Shown here piece after piece: positions 58,528 to 64,000 of a DNA stretch of 64,000 nt; the stretch's first letter is position 1; every line of letters starts with the position of its first letter. A model generated the notes under the pieces. That model saw only the letters and a program-made list of their open reading frames with translations, was not told the origin of the DNA and did no database searches. A program made the position numbers and the translations under genes. The DNA comes from Eledone cirrhosa (Eukaryota). The stretch is from positions 71,176,001 to 71,240,000 of the forward strand of contig OZ024746.1 of NCBI GenBank assembly GCA_964016885.1, given 5' to 3'.

Positions 58528-58656
58528 GAGTCGCTCTGTTTTGTTTGCGTTGAAGTGTATATGGCGTATGAGAAAGACGGTATAAATAGAGAGAAAAAGA
58601 AGAAAGTAAAAAGAGAACGAAAGCAAGCAGACAATTATAAATGTGCATATGTAAAC

Positions 58657-58724
<68 letters not shown>

Positions 58725-58753
58725 GATTATATATATGTGCGCATGTGTGTGCA

Positions 58754-58789
<36 letters not shown>

Positions 58790-58918
58790 AGTGTGATGGG
58801 TGGTATGTTTCATTTTATAAAATTTTTAAGTAGAGATCTTGTATTTCAAATAATTCGACTTCCGGTTGCTGTGTAAATGCTTATTGACCTAAGAAAGCAA
58901 CTGTTGTATCACCTTGCC

Positions 58919-58958
<40 letters not shown>

Positions 58959-59719
58959 GATATTGATGATTGTGGTGGAAGTGGTGGTGGTTGTGGTATT
59001 GGTGATGATAGGGGTTGTAGTGGTTGTGGTTGATGTTGTTGTGGTTGTTGTTGTCGTTGTGGTTGTTGTTGTTGTTGTTGTGATATTGGTGATCGTGGTG
59101 GCAGTGGCAGTGGTGGTGGGTGTGGTATTGGTGATTGTGGGGTTGCTGTTGTATTATAGGCGATGTTGGTGGTGTAGGCTGTGGTATTGGTGATGGTGGT
59201 GGCAGTGGTGGGGCTTGTGACATTGGTGATGTTTTGATTGAGGCTAGTTTTGATTGAGGAGAAATATCAAAACAGTCCATCCACGACATTCCCGTCTGTA
59301 ACTACATTATACACCACCGGCTATATTACCCACTCTACACACTTTTTCTTATGATAATTGGATATAACTCGGGGGAGATTTTGCTGCTATTTCTTGTAGG
59401 ATTGCGACCACATAGAGACTCCATCATTGGGTAGTGTTCATGCTCATGGTGCTGATTGTTGTGAAGTTGGAAATGGTAGATGTGTGGAGAGGCGTGTGGC
59501 TCTTGTAATTCTAGGGGGATTGGAGTTTCTAAAGAATTCCATATGAGTGAAATGGTGCAACACAGATTGAGTGGGTTCAGGGGAGGTCGGAGGTAGCAGT
59601 AAGGAGGGATGGGGCGCTGGTGTTCTGTTCCTTTTTCTTTTTTAATGAGGAAAACAATTTAAATTCAAAATAAGCTAACGAATGCAAAAATACAGAAGAA
59701 TTTAAAGATGATGATAATA

Positions 59720-60705
59720 AGGGTTTCTGATTTAGGTACAAGGTCAACAATTTGTGGGGAGGGGAAAGTCAACTAAATTGACCCCAGTGCGTGACTGGTA
59801 CTTTATTTTATCGACCCCGTAAGGATGAAAGGGAAAGTTAACATCGGCGGGATTTGAAATCAGAACGTAAAGAAACAGAACAGATACAGCAATGATTTTT
59901 TTACTAACCACAAGAAGCTTACAAAAAGAATATTAAGGATGGTACAAGACAATGCAGTGTGGGTTTACACGAACACCTTTAAAATGAGAAATAACAAAAT
60001 AAACACGAAATGCGCAATAGTATTCAAACAAAGAAAAATTCCCCAATGGTGCGAAGCGAGACTTCCAAGTAATAATGGTTTCTTATATAGGCACAAGGCC
60101 AGCAATTTGGGGGGAGAGAGAAGTCGATTAAATCAACCCCAGTGCGTTACTGGTACTTTATTTTATCGACCCCGTAAGGATGAAAGGTAAAGTCACCCTC
60201 GGTGGTATTTGAACTCAGTTCATAAAGGGCAGTAACTCTATGCTGCAAAGCATGGCGTCCGGCCCTCTACCGATACTGCCAATATGGTTTCTAATGTAGG
60301 AACAAGGCCAGCAATTTGAAGTGGGGAGGAGAAAGTCGATTAAATCGACCCTAGTGCTCACTGCTACTTTATTTTATCAACACCGTAAGGATGAAAAGTA
60401 AAGCTAATCTCAGCAGGATTTGAACTCAGAACGTAAAAGGCCGCAACTCTATGCATTATGCCGACGCTTTACCAATACTACCAAAGGCACAAGGGTCATA
60501 ATAATAACAAATAAGTTAAATAATTGTTTCTACTTTAGGCACAAGGCCAGCAATTACCCAGTGTATTACTGGTACTTTATTTTATCGACCCCGTAAGGAT
60601 GAAAGGCAAAGTTAACCTCAGCGGGATTTGAACTCAGAATGGCAAGGGCCGTAACTCTATGCGCCAAAGCATGGCATCCGACACTCTACCAATACTGCCA
60701 ATCCA
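59720..60705 (-). mobile_element. Cluster of about 4 Meta-SINE-like tRNA SINEs
   Basis: Repeated GGTACTTTATTTTATCGACCCCGTAAGGATGAAAG..GATTTGAACTCAG. Confidence 0.8.
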
Positions 60706-60915
60706 CCAAATAAGTTAAATAATATTATACACACAGATTGTGGAAAATTAACAAATAAATAAACAATAACATTTTAGCGAAACAAAACTTCAAACTATAG
60801 ACAACTTGTGTGACAACATTCGCTCATATACATCTGTAATATATATATATATATTCATTTATATTAGGGCTAAAATGTGTCTTGTTACTCTAGAGTTTCG
60901 ATTGTCAACCTCAGG

Positions 60916-61072
60916 TCGAAACGGCCGGAGCTCAGCCGTAGGGGTCCTGACTTTTTTTTCCTATTACCCACTCTACTACTCTAAGTATTGAGTACTCTGG
61001 TGCGTTATGGTCCACCTGGTAGCTTACCACACCCTCTTTGTTAAATATATATATATATATACATATATATAT

Positions 61073-61116
<44 letters not shown>

Positions 61117-61211
61117 CGAAGGAAATGTGGTAAGGAACCAGGTGGACCATAACGCACCAAAGTACTTAATACTTGAGGTAGTAGAGTGGGTAATAGGAAC
61201 CAGTAAGACCC

Positions 61212-61213
<2 letters not shown>
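60916..61213. mobile_element. Two family A pieces in opposite orientation separated by (TA)n
   Basis: 60916-61040 (+) and 61115-61213 (-). Confidence 0.7.
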
Positions 61214-61283
<70 letters not shown>

Positions 61284-61397
61284 GTTTGAATATGTGTAAT
61301 AAAGCCAAAACAATGCAGGTATGGACATAGAAAAAAGAATGCAATTGTAAAAGATATTGTTGACAATTCGTCCTTTACCTTAAATTTATTTAAATGT

Positions 61398-61432
61398 CCT
61401 TAATTTTCGAGATAATATCTCTTCTTCAGAGG
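61398..61432 (-). ncRNA. Minimal (stem III-less) hammerhead-like motif
   Basis: CCT-CTGAAGA-a-GAGAT-att-ATCTC-GAA-AATT-A-AGG. Confidence 0.55.
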
Positions 61433-61469
61433 GAAATAAACGTCTCAAACCAGCGTTCTAAATATCTAG

Positions 61470-61508
<39 letters not shown>

Positions 61509-61669
61509 TTAATAATGTCTCATATAAAATAATACAACCAATTTTTCACGAAATACTGACTAGTTAGCACCCCAAACACTAAATTGGTATAATACTTAAG
61601 TATATCCTAATGTTTGTTGAGTGAGATGGAATTGGTCGGAGTATCGCTTAAGGCTTTCTCTGTTTATGT

Positions 61670-61736
<67 letters not shown>

Positions 61737-62659
61737 TTGCGAGGTTTTTGATATGAAATAACAACAAACATATATAAACACACACTAGTAAAGATAGAAT
61801 ACATTAACCAATACACAGTCACCCAATCACGAACACACATCAAACAAAACACTATACACACACGCAAACGCATGCGCAAAGAAGACAAAAAAAAATAATA
61901 AACAAATAAATAAATATATAAACAGACTAAATAAAGATGGCGTAGAAAATACAATGCAACGGGAGGAAACAATAGCATCATTGACGATGTTGCAGATGTG
62001 CAACGAAAGAACTTTGATAAACTATATATATGTTTTTGTGTCTATATTGTATCTGTATTTTTGACCGTTGGTCAGTCAATGGCAACATTGAGGACCGAAT
62101 AAATTAAATTAACCGATATAAAAGACACAGAAGCGAAACGCGAAAACCAACCAAACAGTGAGTGTGTTCTGTTATTAATTCTGGGAATATTACACAAATA
62201 TGACCCTCCCCAAGTATAACAATATTTATATATATATATATATATTCGTGTGTGTGTGTGTATAAGCGAGACAAATAGAACGAGGAGGAAATATCCAATC
62301 ATCAACACATACAAGCATTTTTGTATTGACGTTCTTGGCAATGAGAACTCAGCAACATAGCTGAGATTAATATATTTATTGCTGTTGGACCAGTTAGGGA
62401 AGAACACATCGTTCGTTTTTTTTTTTTTTGTTTTGCACCGTTTCTTTTTTGTTTGTTTCTTTAGTTTTGCATTTGAAAAGAGGGTTTTAATTCCGAAATT
62501 TTTTGTTGAAATATGCTGCGTGAGAAAAAAACATTACTGCGTTTTGTTTTATTTGTCATTCTTTTCCCTTTATATATCTCTACCGCATTGTATCGGCTTT
62601 CTGAAATACTTATCAGTTACACACACAAACACACATACACACATGCACACAGACAGACA

Positions 62660-62747
<88 letters not shown>

Positions 62748-62840
62748 GTTAAATCTTAGACAGGAACAAATACAGAGAGGCAGTACAAATATGAGTTTAT
62801 TAGGTTCACGCTTTTGAGAGTGGGGGTGGGGGTGGGGAAA

Positions 62841-62868
62841 GACGTTTCGGGCATAAGCCCTTCATCAG
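62841..62868 (-). ncRNA. Minimal hammerhead-like core, stem I lost
   Basis: CTGATGA-a-GGGC-ttat-GCCC-GAA-ACGT-C. Confidence 0.55.
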
Positions 62869-62883
62869 GAGAAAAGTGGGTAG

Positions 62884-62945
<62 letters not shown>

Positions 62946-62947
<2 letters not shown>

Positions 62948-63143
62948 CGAAGGAAATGTGGTAAGGAACCAGGTGGACCATAACGCACCAAAGTACTCAA
63001 TACTTAGGGTAGTAGAGTGGGTAATAGGAACAAGTAAGACCCCGACGGCTGAGCTCGAACCGTTTCGACGGCTAATTCTGTACTCAGTACAGAATTAGCC
63101 GTCGAAACAGCTTGAGCTCAGCCGTCGGGGTCTTACTTGTTCC
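62946..63143 (-). mobile_element. Family A fold-back element
   Basis: Arms around AATTCTGTACT-C-AGTACAGAATT; (TA)n flanks. Confidence 0.75.
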
Positions 63144-63276
<133 letters not shown>

Positions 63277-63563
63277 TATATCAGCAATATTGAGTACATT
63301 GTAGATAGATTTCAAATTCAATATATGAGTTCAAATTTTTTGAAGTGTCATTCGTTTAAGTTTAATGTGGATAGTTTTCGTTATATATACATGTTTTTGT
63401 GTATACACACATAGAAATACACACACACATAAATATATATATATATGTATGTGAGTATATATGGATGTGTATCCATGCATACAAACACACATACATAGAT
63501 ATGTTTATATATATACATGTGTTTATATATATATATAAAATATATGCATATATATGTATGTGT

Positions 63564-63620
<57 letters not shown>

Positions 63621-63638
63621 TACATGTATATATATATT

Positions 63639-63774
<136 letters not shown>

Positions 63775-64000
63775 TATATACCACCATTATAACTACCATC
63801 ACCATCACAAACAAGAAACAATACTTCCCTCCCCCACACAGCCATCAACACTTCTTACCTGTTCCATATATAAAACAACAATAGAAACACAAACCACAAG
63901 ACAAGTTAGTGAAGTATATTTTAAGCTAATGTGTTGTTGGGAAATGGTGTATCAGGTTTCTCTGTTCACTGTAACATGTCTGGCTTAAATGTTGAATATA

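Overview
AT-rich, microsatellite-saturated eukaryotic repeat DNA with no host exon I can support. The SINE families and the density of (TA)n/(TATG)n/(TATC)n/(CA)n suggest a cephalopod (octopus-like) genome; this is inference. Most ORF-track entries are translations of microsatellites. The real coding remnants are mobile elements: a near-intact Tx1/L1-clade LINE (11577-17280) plus about 9 truncated relatives, all in (TATC)n; RLE-type (R4/Dong-like) LINE 3' ends in (TATG)n; two RTE-type RT remnants; a Tc1 and a mariner remnant; an internally deleted Helitron; Penelope-like GIY-YIG fragments; and many tRNA-derived SINEs. The main signal is non-coding. A 5.3-kb array of 9.5 near-identical 555-bp units (30011-35265) carries one complete type I hammerhead ribozyme per full unit on the minus strand, sits in (TA)n and ends in an inverted partial copy, so it looks like a Penelope-mobilised retrozyme. 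About ten further distinct hammerhead-like motifs and many fold-back insertions built from ribozyme ends are scattered through (TA)n tracts. All structures were paired by eye and none were computed.
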